NCBI GenBank assembly: GCA_029982205.1
Contig: JARRCM010000006.1
Span: forward strand, 9,438-73,437
DNA from: Thermosediminibacterales bacterium
GTDB taxonomy: Bacteria > Bacillota > Thermosediminibacteria > Koleobacterales > JARRCM01
DNA: 64,000 nucleotides
Direction of reading: 5' to 3'
The notes beneath the pieces were generated by a model. It was given only the letters and a program-made list of their open reading frames with translations, searched no databases and was not told the DNA's origin. Positions 1-11,463 of the stretch are shown in pieces; position 1 is the stretch's first letter; each line of letters starts with the position of its first letter. The translations under genes were made by a program, and so were the position numbers.

Positions 1-70
1 ATAAAACAGCCAATTTAACCATTGTTCTTGTTTTAGCACTAGATTGTGCTGTAAGTGTTTCATTTGGCAC
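1..70 (-). CDS. 5' end of an unidentified CDS running off the window edge (GTG start; VPNETLTAQSSAKTRTMVKLAVL...)
   Basis: AGGAGGAG Shine-Dalgarno lies 7 nt upstream of the GTG at 70-68. The frame is open to position 1. It lies directly downstream of the structured leader at 112-276. Too short for a functional call. Confidence 0.3.
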   Translation of the reverse strand, partial: MPNETLTAQSSAKTRTMVKLAVL

Positions 71-111
71 AGAACATCTCCTCCTCGTTTTTGATAATAA
101 AGTTGATTAAA

Positions 112-276
112 CTAAAAAGCCCTAAAGGCATACACCTTCAGGACTTATACACAAACAAAAAACGCCTTCTCCCATCCAGACTTTACTGTCGGCTTTGGAA
201 TTTCACCAAATCAACCCGATTAAGGGCTCGCGGGCTTTACCGCCGGTCGGGAATTTCACCCTGTCCTGAAGGTTTT
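112..276 (-). promoter_or_regulatory. Riboswitch-like structured leader with terminator/anti-terminator platform (tentatively cobalamin class)
   Basis: The minus-strand RNA has GGUGAAAUUCC twice, CGGCGGUAAAGCCCGCGAGC and GCCGACAGUAAAGUCUGGAUGGGAGAAGG. A 10-bp long-range helix pairs 272-263 with 144-135. The 3' arm can instead pair with 128-121 to form an 8-bp hairpin followed by GCUUUUUAG (120-112). Confidence 0.5.
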
Positions 277-345
277 ATTGTTTTTTCATTTATATTCTAT
301 CACAACCAAAGTTTAGATTCAATGTCTTTGTTGAGCTTTATTTGG

Positions 346-1647
346 TTATAATATTATACTTCTCACTTTTCCAATCAGATATAAAGACCCTGTAAAACAT
401 ACCATATCATTCTGACCAGCCATTGACAAACCTGTTTCTACAGCTTTTACGATATTCGGCTCGACGGCAACACTACAATCGAATTTTTCAAATTCTTTTC
501 TAAGTCTTTCAGGTTCAAGGGCTCGCGGGCTTTCAGGTTTTGTTATGACGACTTTATCAGCTAAAGGACCGAGTATACTAACTATTTCAGTAAAATCTTT
601 ATCCGCTAAAACCCCGATGACTAAAACCAGTTTTTTATATTTGAAAAAAGTCTTAATGGTTTCTGCTAAAACTTCTGCTCCGGCCGGGTTATGCGCCCCA
701 TCTATTAACACAGTAGGGCTCTTGGCTAAAATTTCCATGCGTCCCGGCCATTTCACTTTTTTTAAACCCTCGTAAATGCTAGCTTTATCAATCTGAAGCC
801 CTTTTAGGTTTAGTAGTTCTATAGAGGCGACTGCGTTTGCTGCATTCTGCTGCTGGTGTTTCCCCAGTAACGGAATATATACTTCATGGTAGTTATCATT
901 GATTCCATGAATATCGAATACCTGGCCATTTTCATCAAACTCTTTTTCAACCGCGCAGAAATCCTTTCCATAGATGTAAAAAGGAGAATTTGCCTCAAAA
1001 CATTTGTTTTTTATGATTCCCAGGGCCTCTTGAGGCTGTCGGCCGCAGATCACAGAACTTTCCGGTTTTATTATCCCTGCCTTTTCCCGGGAAATATCTC
1101 TCAGATTGTCACCTAAAATTCCTGTATGGTCAAGGCTTATAGGTGTAATCACCGAAACCAGTGGTTTTATCACATTTGTGGAATCAAGACGGCCCCCAAG
1201 GCCCACTTCTACTACTGCAATATCAACTTTACATTTTTCAAAATAGCTAAAACACATAGCAGTTACAAATTCAAACTCTGTAGGTTCACCAATTCCCACT
1301 GTCTTCATTTTTTCTACAACAGGTTTAGCGTTTTTAACAAATTCTAGAACTTGTGTTTCGGGAATATCACTTTGATCCAAATTGCCTTGAAATATCTGTA
1401 TTCGCTCGGTAAACCGTTCTAAATAAGGAGAAGTGAATTGACCTACTTTAAAGCCAGATTCTTTCAAAATTGATGTGATCATCGCAGAAGTAGAACCTTT
1501 GCCATTAGTTCCGGCTATATGAACCGCCTTCAACTTTTCGTGGGGATTACCTAGAGCTTCTAATAAAAAGTTGATTCTTTCAAATCCTAATTTTATACCA
1601 AACTTCTGAAGCCCGTGTATATAATCTAAAGCTTCGGTGTAGTTCAC
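346..1647 (-). CDS. folC: Folylpolyglutamate synthase / dihydrofolate synthase
   Basis: 433 aa. Mur-ligase type P-loop HIAGTNGKGST, and the FolC-typical N-terminus (YxEALDYI..L..FG). Sits downstream of valS as in Bacillus. Confidence 0.9.
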   Translation of the reverse strand: MNYTEALDYIHGLQKFGIKLGFERINFLLEALGNPHEKLKAVHIAGTNGKGSTSAMITSILKESGFKVGQFTSPYLERFTERIQIFQGNLDQSDIPETQVLEFVKNAKPVVEKMKTVGIGEPTEFEFVTAMCFSYFEKCKVDIAVVEVGLGGRLDSTNVIKPLVSVITPISLDHTGILGDNLRDISREKAGIIKPESSVICGRQPQEALGIIKNKCFEANSPFYIYGKDFCAVEKEFDENGQVFDIHGINDNYHEVYIPLLGKHQQQNAANAVASIELLNLKGLQIDKASIYEGLKKVKWPGRMEILAKSPTVLIDGAHNPAGAEVLAETIKTFFKYKKLVLVIGVLADKDFTEIVSILGPLADKVVITKPESPRALEPERLRKEFEKFDCSVAVEPNIVKAVETGLSMAGQNDMVCFTGSLYLIGKVRSIIL

Positions 1648-1699
1648 CGTTTTTATTCCTCCTAATCCCTAAAATAAAAAAATAATAATTTATGGCAAA

Positions 1700-1732
1700 A
1701 ACCTTCAGCTGCGCAGCTAGGTGCATCCCGCG
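1700..1732 (-). terminator. Putative terminator hairpin after valS
   Basis: Minus strand reads ACCU-AGCU-gcgc-AGCU-(ga)-AGGU followed by UUUUU. Short, imperfect stem. Confidence 0.4.
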
Positions 1733-1768
1733 GACCGAATCTCATCCTTTATCGCTTTAATAATTCTC

Positions 1769-4417
1769 CTACATGAAAAGTTTTAACCTTTCCTCCACTT
1801 TTTTGTACCTTTCTGTATAATCTTTCTGTTTCTTCCTTTCTTTTTCAACTACATCTTTTGGGGCTTTTTCCAGAAAGCCCTTGTTGGACAGTTTTTTATT
1901 GGCTCTTTCAATTTCACTTTTCAGGTTTTTAAGTTCTTTTTGAAGTCTCTCGATTTCTTTATCAATATCTACAAGGCCTTCTAACGGCATATAAATCTCT
2001 GCTCCAGAAATAACTGCCGTCATAGCTTTCTTGGGAACATCTTCTTTTTTCTCAATAAAAGTTATTTTTGATACATTAGCAAGGTTTTTGATATAAACTG
2101 CTCCTTCTTTTAAAATTTCTAAAACATCGTCAGAACTTACACGAACCACAGCTTCTGCCTTTCGTGAAGGGGCAACATTTAACTCTCCCCGGATGTTCCT
2201 GATACTTCTAATGGCTTCCATTATTAGATACATTTTAGATTCATCATCCGGGAAGCAATTTGCCTCATCAAATTCAGGCCATTTTGATACCATTATACTT
2301 TCACCTTCATGTGGAAGATGCTGCCATATTTCTTCGGTAATAAATGGCATAAATGGATGAAGCAGTTTCATTGTTCCGCTTAAAACTAACCACAACACAT
2401 GCTGGGCTGTAACCCTGCTTTCCATATCCTCACCGTAGAGCCGCGGCTTTGTCAGTTCTATATACCAATCACAGAATTCACTCCAGATAAAATCATAAAG
2501 TTTCTGAGCGGCTATACCAAATTCATAGCTGTCAAGGGATTTGGTCACTTCTTTTATAATCGAATTGTAACGGCTTAAAATCCATTTGTCTGCAATTGTC
2601 AGTTTGGCAGTATCCATATCTCCTTTCGGCGTAAAATCTTCTAGGTTCATCATAACAAACCTGGAGGCGTTCCAAATCTTGTTTGCAAAGTTTCGGCTTG
2701 ATTCTACCCTCTCCCAGTAAAACCTCAGGTCATTACCCGGTGTGTTGCCGGTACTCAGTGTAAACCTCAGGGTATCAGCACCGTATTTTTCAATAACTTC
2801 TAATGGATCTATACCGTTACCCAGTGACTTACTCATTTTACGGCCCAACGAATCCCTGACCAAACCAGTTACAACCACATCTTTAAAAGGAATGTCTTTC
2901 ATAAACTCAAGCCCTGAAAATATCATCCTAGCAACCCAGAAGAAAATAATATCATAACCTGTAACCAATACAGAAGTTGGATAAAAGTATTTTAAATCCT
3001 CTGTTTCTCTTGGCCATCCCAGAGTAGAAAAAGGCCAGAGCGCAGAACTAAACCATGTATCAAGAACATCCGGATCCTGTTCCAGGATATTTCCGCCGCA
3101 CTTACTGCAGCTTTTCGGGGTTTCCCTTGCAACAATAATTTCTCCACAGTTTTTGCAGTACCAAGCGGGGATCCTGTGACCCCACCACAGCTGGCGGGAA
3201 ATACACCAGTCTTTTATGTTTTCAAGCCAGTTTATATAGATTTTAGTAAACCTTTCAGGTATAAATCGAATCTTTCCTTCTTTTACTACTTCGATTGCCG
3301 GTTCTGCAAGGGGCTTCATTTTCACAAACCACTGTTTGGAAATCATTGGTTCAATAGTCGTATCACATCTATAACAATGGCCTACATTATGGTAATGGTC
3401 TTCCACTTTAAGCAAATAACCCTGTTCATCTAAGTCCTTGATAAGTGTCTTTCGACACTCGTAACGGTCCATGCCTTCGTATTTGCCGGCATTTTTTGTC
3501 ATTTTGCCTTCATCATCAATTACCACGATAGGCTCTTGGTTATGCCTTATACCTATTTCAAAGTCGTTCGGGTCATGGGCGGGAGTCACTTTAACTGCAC
3601 CGCTTCCAAACTCGGGGTCAACATATTCATCAGCAACTATTGGGATTTCTCGGTTTAATATAGGCAGTATCAGAGTTCTACCCACCAGTTCTTTGTAACG
3701 TTCATCATCAGGATGAACCGCAACACAAGTGTCCCCCAGCATTGTTTCAGGTCTGGTTGTTGCAACTGTTACATATCCGCTTCCATCTTTAAACGGGTAT
3801 TTTATGTGCCATAACTTCCCTTCTTCCTCTATATGTTCAACTTCTATATCCGAAAGGGTGGTATGGCACGTAGGACACCAGTTAACAATATAGTCTCCCC
3901 GGTAAATCAATCCCTTTTCGTAAAGTCTTACAAACACCTCACGAACCGCTTCAGAACAACCTTCATCCATTGTAAACCTTTCGCGCGACCAGTCACAGGA
4001 CGCGCCAAGTTTTTTTAGCTGTTTAATAATTGTCCCGCCGTATTTTTCTTTCCACTGCCATACCCTCTTTAAAAACTCCTCACGCCCAAGGTCATATTTG
4101 CTGAGCCCTTCTTCAGCAATCTGCTCCTTTACCTTTGCTTCAGTGGCTATACCGGCATGGTCTGTACCCGGAAGCCATAATGTAGGAATTCCTTCCATGC
4201 GTTTTTTTCTGATTATTATATCCTGCATAGTGTTGTTCAAAGCATGCCCCATATGGAGCTGCCCTGTTACATTAGGAGGCGGAATTACTATAGTAAACGG
4301 GCGTTTACTATAATCAATTTCGGGAGTAAAATACCCTCCTTCTAACCAGTAATCATACCATTTGTCTTCTACTTTTTTTGGATCGTAAACCGTCGATATA
4401 TTTGCGGCTTTTCCCAT
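1769..4417 (-). CDS. valS: Valine--tRNA ligase
   Basis: 882 aa. Class I HIGH (HMGHALN) and KMSKS motifs, plus the C-terminal coiled-coil typical of ValRS. Confidence 0.97.
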   Translation of the reverse strand: MGKAANISTVYDPKKVEDKWYDYWLEGGYFTPEIDYSKRPFTIVIPPPNVTGQLHMGHALNNTMQDIIIRKKRMEGIPTLWLPGTDHAGIATEAKVKEQIAEEGLSKYDLGREEFLKRVWQWKEKYGGTIIKQLKKLGASCDWSRERFTMDEGCSEAVREVFVRLYEKGLIYRGDYIVNWCPTCHTTLSDIEVEHIEEEGKLWHIKYPFKDGSGYVTVATTRPETMLGDTCVAVHPDDERYKELVGRTLILPILNREIPIVADEYVDPEFGSGAVKVTPAHDPNDFEIGIRHNQEPIVVIDDEGKMTKNAGKYEGMDRYECRKTLIKDLDEQGYLLKVEDHYHNVGHCYRCDTTIEPMISKQWFVKMKPLAEPAIEVVKEGKIRFIPERFTKIYINWLENIKDWCISRQLWWGHRIPAWYCKNCGEIIVARETPKSCSKCGGNILEQDPDVLDTWFSSALWPFSTLGWPRETEDLKYFYPTSVLVTGYDIIFFWVARMIFSGLEFMKDIPFKDVVVTGLVRDSLGRKMSKSLGNGIDPLEVIEKYGADTLRFTLSTGNTPGNDLRFYWERVESSRNFANKIWNASRFVMMNLEDFTPKGDMDTAKLTIADKWILSRYNSIIKEVTKSLDSYEFGIAAQKLYDFIWSEFCDWYIELTKPRLYGEDMESRVTAQHVLWLVLSGTMKLLHPFMPFITEEIWQHLPHEGESIMVSKWPEFDEANCFPDDESKMYLIMEAIRSIRNIRGELNVAPSRKAEAVVRVSSDDVLEILKEGAVYIKNLANVSKITFIEKKEDVPKKAMTAVISGAEIYMPLEGLVDIDKEIERLQKELKNLKSEIERANKKLSNKGFLEKAPKDVVEKERKKQKDYTERYKKVEERLKLFM

Positions 4418-4440
4418 CTCATCTCCTCCTTTATTAATAC

Positions 4441-4690
4441 ATATAAAAACCTAAAGCCTTTCATCCGTTAAAGGACGAAAGGCTCTTTGTCTTCCGCGGT
4501 ACCACCTTATTTCCCTAAAGGGCAGCTTGCAATTCTAACGGAACTTCCGTCTGAACTTACTGTTTTCAGTTCAGATGCTCCCGGGCGACATTCAGGGTTA
4601 ACCTGCCGAAAGGCTTTTCAGCCTATGAGCCTTTCTCTCTGAGGCGGTTCGCTCCTTACTCCTCCCGTTCAAAGCATTTTTCTTCTTGAG
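4441..4690 (-). promoter_or_regulatory. T-box leader of valS (candidate GUC Val specifier)
   Basis: Minus strand has AGAGAG and AGUAA boxes, GAAU-GUC-G in the specifier-loop position (GUC at 4589-4587) and the T-box core AAUAAGGUGGUACCGCGGAAG. The terminator is AGCCUUUC...GAAAGGCU followed by a U-run. Confidence 0.85.
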
Positions 4691-4707
4691 AATTCTGTTT
4701 CTTAATA

Positions 4708-5313
4708 TTATACACTATTTCTTTTAGTTGTCAATAAATCTCCTATCAGTCGAAGCAGTTCTTCTCTGCCTTCTTTATTAAGAGCAGAAAAGGTTATAAG
4801 TTTATCCCCAGATTGGATTTTCATCATTTCTTCAATAACTTTTAAATGTTTATTCCATTGACCCCGTGATATCTTATCTGCCTTAGTAGCACAAACAATC
4901 GTATTAATGCGGTAATACTTAAGCCAATCATACATAAGTATATCGTCTTCTGTTGGTGGATGTCTAATATCTACTAATTGAACAACTCCTGTTAAATTTT
5001 TCCTGTTTTTTAGGTATTCTTCTAATTTTATTCCCCACTGCTCCTTTTTTTTCTTTGACACTTTAGCAAATCCATAACCAGGTAAATCCACGAAGAAAAA
5101 AGCGCCATTATTAACTTTATAGAAATTGAGCATCTGGGTTTTCCCTGGCCTGGAACTTGTTTTAGCTAAATTCCGTTTATTTAATAAACAGTTTATTAAG
5201 GAAGACTTGCCTACATTAGACCTTCCAACAAAAGCAATTTCCGGTTTTTTATGTTTCGGGTATTGTGTATGGTTAAGGCAGCTTTTCACAAAAGCAGCTT
5301 CAAAAACCTTCAT
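4708..5313 (-). CDS. engB: Ribosome-biogenesis GTPase EngB/YsxC
   Basis: 201 aa. G1 motif GRSNVGKSSLIN, plus DLPGYG and TKADK. Lies downstream of lon as in B. subtilis (lonA-ysxC). Confidence 0.9.
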   Translation of the reverse strand: MKVFEAAFVKSCLNHTQYPKHKKPEIAFVGRSNVGKSSLINCLLNKRNLAKTSSRPGKTQMLNFYKVNNGAFFFVDLPGYGFAKVSKKKKEQWGIKLEEYLKNRKNLTGVVQLVDIRHPPTEDDILMYDWLKYYRINTIVCATKADKISRGQWNKHLKVIEEMMKIQSGDKLITFSALNKEGREELLRLIGDLLTTKRNSV

Positions 5314-7646
5314 TATGTTTCACCCTTTTTCACAAGCGCATGTTTTAACACCTGGTCCATATGATCAACCATAATAAACTCTAATCTCTTTTTTACATTT
5401 TGCGGTATTTCTTCAAGGTCCTTTTTGTTTTCAACAGGCAGCAAGATTTTCTTAATGCCTGCCCGGTGAGCAGCAAGAACCTTTTCTTTAATCCCCCCAA
5501 CAGGAAGAACCCTACCTCTAAGTGTAATCTCTCCTGTCATAGCCACATCTTTGCTTACAGGAATATTGCTTAAAGCCGATACCAGTGCCGTAGCCATAGT
5601 AATCCCTGCAGAAGGCCCGTCTTTCGGTATAGCCCCTTCAGGAACATGAATATGAATATCGTATTTTTCATAGAAGTCCTCTTCGATATCAAACTCAGAT
5701 GCCCTAGACCGAATATAACTAAATCCTGCCCTGGCCGACTCCTGCATGACATCTCCCAGCTTACCTGTAAGGGTAAGTTTGCCCTTTCCCTTCATTACAG
5801 ATACTTCGATTGCAAGAATGTCTCCACCGCTTTCAGTCCATGCTAAACCAGTAGCTACACCTATTTCATCGTTCTTTTCCGCCATTCCGTATCTAAATCT
5901 GGGAATACCTAAAAACATTTCTATGTTTTTTGCGGTTACACTTATACGTTTATTTTCTCCTTTTACTATTTTTGTGGCACACTTACGGCATACAGCAGCT
6001 ATTTGACGTTCCAGATTACGCACACCTGCTTCTCGCGTGTATTCCCTTATGATTTTTCTTATTGCAGATTCAGAAAACTTAATGTTTTCTCTTTTCAAAC
6101 CGTGTTCTTTTAATTGTTTCGGCAATAAATAGTCTATTGCTATTCTTACTTTTTCTTCTTCTGTGTAGCCAGATATATATATTGTTTCCATACGGTCCAA
6201 AAGCGGCCTTGGAATGTTGTATTGCGCATTAGCAGTTGTAATAAACATGACCTTTGAAAGGTCAAACGGCAGCTCAATAAAATGGTCGCTAAAAGCATTG
6301 TTTTGTTCGGGGTCAAGTACTTCCAGCAATGCAGAAGAAGGGTCTCCACGGAAATCGGAACTCATTTTATCTATTTCATCCATCAAAAAAACAGGGTTTT
6401 TAGAGCCTGCCTGCTTCATGCCTTGAATAATTCTTCCAGGCAAAGCACCTACATATGTTCGTCTATGCCCCCTTATTTCAGCCTCATCACGCACTCCGCC
6501 AAGGGAAATACGAACAAATTTCCTTTCAAGGGCACGTGCAATAGATCGGGCAAGAGATGTTTTACCCACACCAGGAGGGCCAACAAGGCAAAGAATCGGG
6601 CCTTTCATTTTTTTAGCAAGTTGCCTGATAGCCAAATATTCAATTATTCGCTCTTTAACTTTTTTTAATCCATAATGGTCTTCATCTAAAATCTGTTCAG
6701 CAACATTTATATCCAGTCGGTCCTGAGTCTCATACGTCCAGGGAAGTGACAATATCCAGTCAAGATAGTTTCTTATCACAACACCCTCTGCAGCAGCAGG
6801 AGGCATTTTAGAAAGCCTATCAACTTCTTTTAAAGCCTTTTCTTTTACTGCTTCAGGTAAATTCAATTTTTCTATTTTTTCCCGGTATTCATCTACTTCG
6901 GCTATACGTTCATCTTTTTCTCCAAGTTCCTTTTGAATTGCTTTCAACTGTTCCCTAAGATAGTATTCTTTCTGTGTTTTTTCCATTTGTTTGCGAACCC
7001 TCATACTGATTTTTCTTTCTATTTCTAATATCTCTATTTCTCTACTCATAATAGCATATAATTTCTTGAGTCTTTCTTTTGCTGTAACCGCTTCAAGGAT
7101 TTTCTGTTTGTCTTGAATTTTCAATGTAAGGTGAGATGCAATTATATCTGCTAGACGGCCGGGTTCATCTATTACGTTTATAGTAGTCAATATTTCAGGA
7201 GAAAGTTTTTTGCTGAGTTTGACGTAGTCTTCAAACTGATCCTTAACACTTCTCATAAGTGCTTCTATTTCAGTATTGCTTTCATCTTCCTCTTCTTCTA
7301 TTTCCATAATTTCAACTTTAAAGAACGGTTCTGTTTCTATATAATTCAAAATTTTAGCCCTTTTTATACCCTCTACAAGTACCCTTATGGTATTTCCGGG
7401 AAGTTTTAAAAGCTGTTTTATTCTTGCTATGGTACCCGTTCTGTATATATCATTTTCTTGTGGAGAATCAATTTTGGGATCTTTCTGAGTACACAAGAGA
7501 ATCAATTGATCCTCAGCCATAGCTTCTTCAAGTGCGCTGATTGACTTGTCCCTGCCTACATCAAAATGTAATATCATATATGGAAAAACTATTAAACCTC
7601 TTAAAGGAAGCAGGGGAAGTAGTTTTTGTTTCTCTTGAGTCATCAA
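5313..7646 (-). CDS. lon: ATP-dependent Lon protease (LonA type)
   Basis: 777 aa. N-terminal LON domain, Walker [10 protein letters not shown], and a C-terminal protease domain with the DGPSAG active-site serine motif. Confidence 0.97.
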   Translation of the reverse strand: MMTQEKQKLLPLLPLRGLIVFPYMILHFDVGRDKSISALEEAMAEDQLILLCTQKDPKIDSPQENDIYRTGTIARIKQLLKLPGNTIRVLVEGIKRAKILNYIETEPFFKVEIMEIEEEEDESNTEIEALMRSVKDQFEDYVKLSKKLSPEILTTINVIDEPGRLADIIASHLTLKIQDKQKILEAVTAKERLKKLYAIMSREIEILEIERKISMRVRKQMEKTQKEYYLREQLKAIQKELGEKDERIAEVDEYREKIEKLNLPEAVKEKALKEVDRLSKMPPAAAEGVVIRNYLDWILSLPWTYETQDRLDINVAEQILDEDHYGLKKVKERIIEYLAIRQLAKKMKGPILCLVGPPGVGKTSLARSIARALERKFVRISLGGVRDEAEIRGHRRTYVGALPGRIIQGMKQAGSKNPVFLMDEIDKMSSDFRGDPSSALLEVLDPEQNNAFSDHFIELPFDLSKVMFITTANAQYNIPRPLLDRMETIYISGYTEEEKVRIAIDYLLPKQLKEHGLKRENIKFSESAIRKIIREYTREAGVRNLERQIAAVCRKCATKIVKGENKRISVTAKNIEMFLGIPRFRYGMAEKNDEIGVATGLAWTESGGDILAIEVSVMKGKGKLTLTGKLGDVMQESARAGFSYIRSRASEFDIEEDFYEKYDIHIHVPEGAIPKDGPSAGITMATALVSALSNIPVSKDVAMTGEITLRGRVLPVGGIKEKVLAAHRAGIKKILLPVENKKDLEEIPQNVKKRLEFIMVDHMDQVLKHALVKKGET

Positions 7647-7743
7647 ATCACTTCCCTTCTTAATTTGTTTTTTTGTCTTTTTAAATGTTTATGTATTTTT
7701 ATGTATTCGATTTGATTTCAGTAAATCCTGCATAAATTTAATT

Positions 7744-7762
7744 ACCCGGCCTGAGACCGGGT
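7744..7762 (-). terminator. Hairpin after lonB
   Basis: ACCCGG...CCGGGU stem 11 nt after the lonB stop. The T-run is stronger on the plus strand, so the hairpin may act in both directions. Confidence 0.45.
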
Positions 7763-7772
7763 TTTTAGTTTT

Positions 7773-9446
7773 TTAAACTCCTTTTGCACTCAACACTTCA
7801 ATTTGCGGACTGGTCGTAAATGTATTTTTATCTGTGTTGACAAGGGCCTGTTCTATAACTTCTTCAATCCTTTCAACAGGAATTATATCTATTTGATAAT
7901 TTTTAAACATCTCCTGCCAGTTCTCTTTGGGAATTAAAACCTTCTTTGCTCCTGCCTGTTTTGCGGCCTCTATTTTTGCAACTATACCACCAACAGGTTT
8001 AACATAACCTCTTACAGATATTTCTCCTGTCATTGCCACCTTGTTGTCGACAGGTATGTTTTTTATAGCAGAATATATAGCTGTAGCCACTGCAACTCCA
8101 GCCGAAGGCCCATCTACAGGAACACCCCCCGGGAAATTCAGATGAATATCATAGTCTCTTGAATCAACATTAAGGTAACTGCGCAGAACAGTAATGACAT
8201 TATCTGTAGAGCTTTTTGCAGTGGCTTTTCGCCGAATTTTTCTGCCTCCACCACCCATTTCTTCTTCCTCAACAATTCCTGTTACAACAAAACTTCCCTG
8301 ACGTTTTTTTGTGTTAATTGCTGTTGCTTCTATTTCAATTAAACTGCCTATATTAGGGCCGTAAATAGCCAAACCGTTAACATAACCTATCTGAGGGGAA
8401 TCGGGGATTTTTTTCTCAGGCCTGGGTGAATAATGACCGCTGTTCACAACCCATTCTATATCTTCAACCTTTATTTCTTTTCTTTTTTCTGTTAAAGCAA
8501 TGCCTCCCGCTATTTGTATAATGTTGACTGCTTCTCTGCCGTTTGTGGCATACCTTTTTATAACATCGATAGCTTTATCCTCCATTTTAAAGTCTACTTT
8601 TTTGGCGGCATTTGCGGCAATAATTCCGATTTCCTCAGGAGTCAAGGGCCTAAAAAACACCTCTAAACATCGTGATCGTATGGCAGGAGGTATCTCCTCA
8701 GGGGTTCTGGTTGTGGCTCCTACCAACCTAAAGTCTGCGGGGAGGCCGTTTTGAAAAATGTCATGAATATGTTGGGGAACGTTTGTATCTTCTGAACTGT
8801 AATATGCGCTTTCCAGAAAAACTTTTCTGTCTTCCAAAACTTTTAGCAGCTTGTTCATTTGAATTGGATGGAGTTCACCTATTTCATCTATAAACAATAG
8901 ACCGCCATGAGCTTTGGTCACAGCCCCTGGTTTTGGCTGAGGTATTCCTGCCATCCCCAAAGGACCAGCCCCTTGATAAATAGGGTCATGAACTGATCCT
9001 ATTAAAGGGTCTGCAATTCCTCGCTCATCAAATCTGGCGGTTGTTGCATCAATCTCAACAAACTTAGAGTATTCATTGAAAGGAGAATCAGGGTTTTTTT
9101 TGGCCTCTTCTAATACTAACCTCGCAGCAGCTGTTTTTCCTATGCCAGGAGGGCCGTAAATTATCAGGTGCTGCGGATTGGGACCGCACAAAGCGGCTCT
9201 AAGAGCTTTTATCCCTTCTTCCTGGCCAATTATTTCCTCAAAACTGGTTGGCCTGGTTTTTTCCGAAAGAGGCTCTGTCAAATTTATTTCCCTAAGTTTT
9301 TTCAGTTTTTCCATTTCTTTTTTGGATTCTCTTTCAACAGCAATCTTATTTCCCTGTTGGCCTCGTAACAGGTTCAAAAAATAAAGCCCTATTACAACAG
9401 CGAAAAAAAACTGTATCAACCCAAATATACTGGAATTAAACGTCAC
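7773..9446 (-). CDS. lonB: Sporulation-type Lon-like protease LonB
   Basis: 557 aa. N-terminal TM helix, AAA Walker A GPPGIGKT, and a C-terminal Lon protease fold with DGPSAG. Position between clpX and lon matches B. subtilis lonB. Confidence 0.85.
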   Translation of the reverse strand: MTFNSSIFGLIQFFFAVVIGLYFLNLLRGQQGNKIAVERESKKEMEKLKKLREINLTEPLSEKTRPTSFEEIIGQEEGIKALRAALCGPNPQHLIIYGPPGIGKTAAARLVLEEAKKNPDSPFNEYSKFVEIDATTARFDERGIADPLIGSVHDPIYQGAGPLGMAGIPQPKPGAVTKAHGGLLFIDEIGELHPIQMNKLLKVLEDRKVFLESAYYSSEDTNVPQHIHDIFQNGLPADFRLVGATTRTPEEIPPAIRSRCLEVFFRPLTPEEIGIIAANAAKKVDFKMEDKAIDVIKRYATNGREAVNIIQIAGGIALTEKRKEIKVEDIEWVVNSGHYSPRPEKKIPDSPQIGYVNGLAIYGPNIGSLIEIEATAINTKKRQGSFVVTGIVEEEEMGGGGRKIRRKATAKSSTDNVITVLRSYLNVDSRDYDIHLNFPGGVPVDGPSAGVAVATAIYSAIKNIPVDNKVAMTGEISVRGYVKPVGGIVAKIEAAKQAGAKKVLIPKENWQEMFKNYQIDIIPVERIEEVIEQALVNTDKNTFTTSPQIEVLSAKGV

Positions 9447-9521
9447 CTATATATCAACCTCCCTTCCTTTATAATTGCAACATTTTTATTATATCCATAG
9501 GAAGGGATTTTATCCTGATGG

Positions 9522-9554
9522 AAAAAGCTAAGTGCAGCGTAAAAGGCTGCACTT
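9522..9554 (-). terminator. Rho-independent terminator after clpX
   Basis: 9-bp stem AAGUGCAGC/GCUGCACUU with a 7-nt loop, followed by AGCUUUUU on the minus strand. It overlaps the clpX stop codon. Confidence 0.75.
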
Positions 9555-10827
9555 ATGCCGTTTCCTCTTTTTTCTTTTTAGACTTCTTTTTTCTGTCAGC
9601 TGTAACTAGAATAGGCTCTTCACGGTTTAATATAACTTCTTTAGTTACTACACATTTGGTAATATCTTTTCGTGACGGGATCTCATACATTACATTTAAC
9701 ATGATATCTTCCAAAATTGCTCTCAAACCTCGAGCACCAGTTTTTCGTTTTATTGCCTCTTGAGCAATAGTCCTTAAAGCATCCTCTTTAAATTCAAGCA
9801 TAACATCATCTATTTCAAAGAACTTTTGATACTGTTTCACTAAAGCATTCTTTGGCTCTGTCAAAATCTTAACAAGGGCATCTTCATCTAATCCGTCTAA
9901 TGTTACAATCACAGGTAGCCTTCCAACAAATTCCGGAATAAGACCGTATTTTAAGAGGTCTTCAGGAAGTATGTGTTTTAAGACTTCGCCGATTTCAAGG
10001 TTTTGTTTGCTTTGAATCTCTGCACCGAACCCTATTGATTTTTTCCCTATTCTGTTTAATATTATCTTGTCTATACCGTCAAATGCGCCACCACATATAA
10101 AAAGTATGTTTGTAGTATCAATTTGGATAAATTCCTGATGAGGATGTTTCCTGCCTCCTTGAGGCGGAACGCTAGCTACCGTACCTTCTAAAATTTTCAG
10201 CAGAGCCTGCTGAACACCCTCGCCTGATACGTCTCTGGTTATTGATGGATTCTCGGATTTTCTAGCTATTTTATCAATTTCATCAATATATATTATACCT
10301 TTTTCTGCTTTCTCAACATCATAATCAGCTGCCTGAATCAGTTTCAAAAGGATATTTTCAACGTCCTCACCCACATAGCCAGCTTCAGTAAGAGATGTAG
10401 CATCAGCTATGGCAAAAGGCACATTTAGTATCTTGGCAAGGGTCTGAGCCAGTAAAGTTTTCCCTGAACCGGTAGGGCCTAACATTATAATATTGCTCTT
10501 AGTGAGTTCAACATCATCTACTCTCATATCTGAATTTATACGTTTATAATGGTTATAAACTGCAACAGCTAAAGTTTTCTTTGCCCTCTCCTGGCCTATC
10601 ACATATTGGTCCAAGATCTTCTTGATTTCTTTGGGTTTTGGGATATCTTTCAAGTCTAATTCCGCTTCTTCCCCAAACTCTTCTTCTATTATTTCGTTAC
10701 AGAGTTCTATACATTCATCGCAAATATACACCCCGGGTCCTGCAACGAGCTTTCTAACCTGTTCTTGCAGTTTGCCACAGAAGGAACACCTTAACTGACC
10801 TTTATCATCGTTAAATTTAAACATCAT
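9553..10827 (-). CDS. clpX: ATP-dependent Clp protease ATP-binding subunit ClpX
   Basis: 424 aa. N-terminal zinc ribbon CSFCGK...CDEC, Walker A GPTGSGKT, and the IGF-type loop region. Confidence 0.97.
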   Translation of the reverse strand: MMFKFNDDKGQLRCSFCGKLQEQVRKLVAGPGVYICDECIELCNEIIEEEFGEEAELDLKDIPKPKEIKKILDQYVIGQERAKKTLAVAVYNHYKRINSDMRVDDVELTKSNIIMLGPTGSGKTLLAQTLAKILNVPFAIADATSLTEAGYVGEDVENILLKLIQAADYDVEKAEKGIIYIDEIDKIARKSENPSITRDVSGEGVQQALLKILEGTVASVPPQGGRKHPHQEFIQIDTTNILFICGGAFDGIDKIILNRIGKKSIGFGAEIQSKQNLEIGEVLKHILPEDLLKYGLIPEFVGRLPVIVTLDGLDEDALVKILTEPKNALVKQYQKFFEIDDVMLEFKEDALRTIAQEAIKRKTGARGLRAILEDIMLNVMYEIPSRKDITKCVVTKEVILNREEPILVTADRKKKSKKKKEETA

Positions 10828-10843
10828 ATCACCTCTTTCAAGC

Positions 10844-11428
10844 TCATTTCCTCCGGGTTATAACTTCATCTATGATACCGTATTTCTTTGCCTCCTCTGA
10901 CGACATGTAAAAATCCCGTTCAGTATCCTTTGAAATCCTATCAATAGACTGTTTGGTATGTTTCGATAATATTTTATTAAGCAGTTCCCTTAACTGGAGT
11001 ATTTCTTTTGCGTGAATTTCAATATCTACAGCTTTACCTTGAACCCCACCCCATGGCTGATGAATCATTATTCTTGAATGAGGTAGTGAATATCTCTTAC
11101 CTTCAGCGCCTGCAGCCAACAATACGGCTCCCATACTTGCGGCAAGCCCTGTACAAATAGTAGAAACATCCGGTTTTATATACTGCATTGTATCATAAAT
11201 AGCGAGCCCTGCTGTAACAGACCCTCCAGGGCTGTTAATATAAAGATGAATATCTTTATCCGGGTCTTCTGATTCTAAAAACAGCAGCTGTGCTATGACA
11301 AGGCTTGCAATTGTATCATCTATAGGAGTTCCTATAAAAATTATTCTGTCTTTAAGAAGTCTGGAATATATATCATATGCGCGTTCGCCACGGTTTGTTT
11401 GTTCAACAACAATAGGCACCAAACTCAT
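10844..11428 (-). CDS. clpP: ATP-dependent Clp protease proteolytic subunit
   Basis: 194 aa. Full-length ClpP-like sequence with the Ser/His/Asp triad context (GLAASMG, HQP). Confidence 0.97.
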   Translation of the reverse strand: MSLVPIVVEQTNRGERAYDIYSRLLKDRIIFIGTPIDDTIASLVIAQLLFLESEDPDKDIHLYINSPGGSVTAGLAIYDTMQYIKPDVSTICTGLAASMGAVLLAAGAEGKRYSLPHSRIMIHQPWGGVQGKAVDIEIHAKEILQLRELLNKILSKHTKQSIDRISKDTERDFYMSSEEAKKYGIIDEVITRRK

Positions 11429-11463
11429 AACAAAACCTCCTAAATAGTTATCGTTTATTTTTC

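Noticed and set aside
33-55. TTAGCACT...GTGCT resembling half of a CIRCE (HrcA) operator
   Set aside because: Only the left half-site matches TTAGCACTC-N9-GAGTGCTAA. The spacing and right half are wrong, and it lies inside a probable coding region.
55-351. 98-aa plus-strand ORF at the left edge
   Set aside because: It overlaps the GC-rich structured leader on the opposite strand. It has no SD, and its Arg/Leu/Ser-rich translation is consistent with structured RNA rather than coding sequence.
9447-9520. Possible sigma-F/G sporulation promoter in front of lonB (GGATATAATA)
   Set aside because: I could not match both the -35 and -10 consensus elements with correct spacing, so there is not enough support to annotate it.
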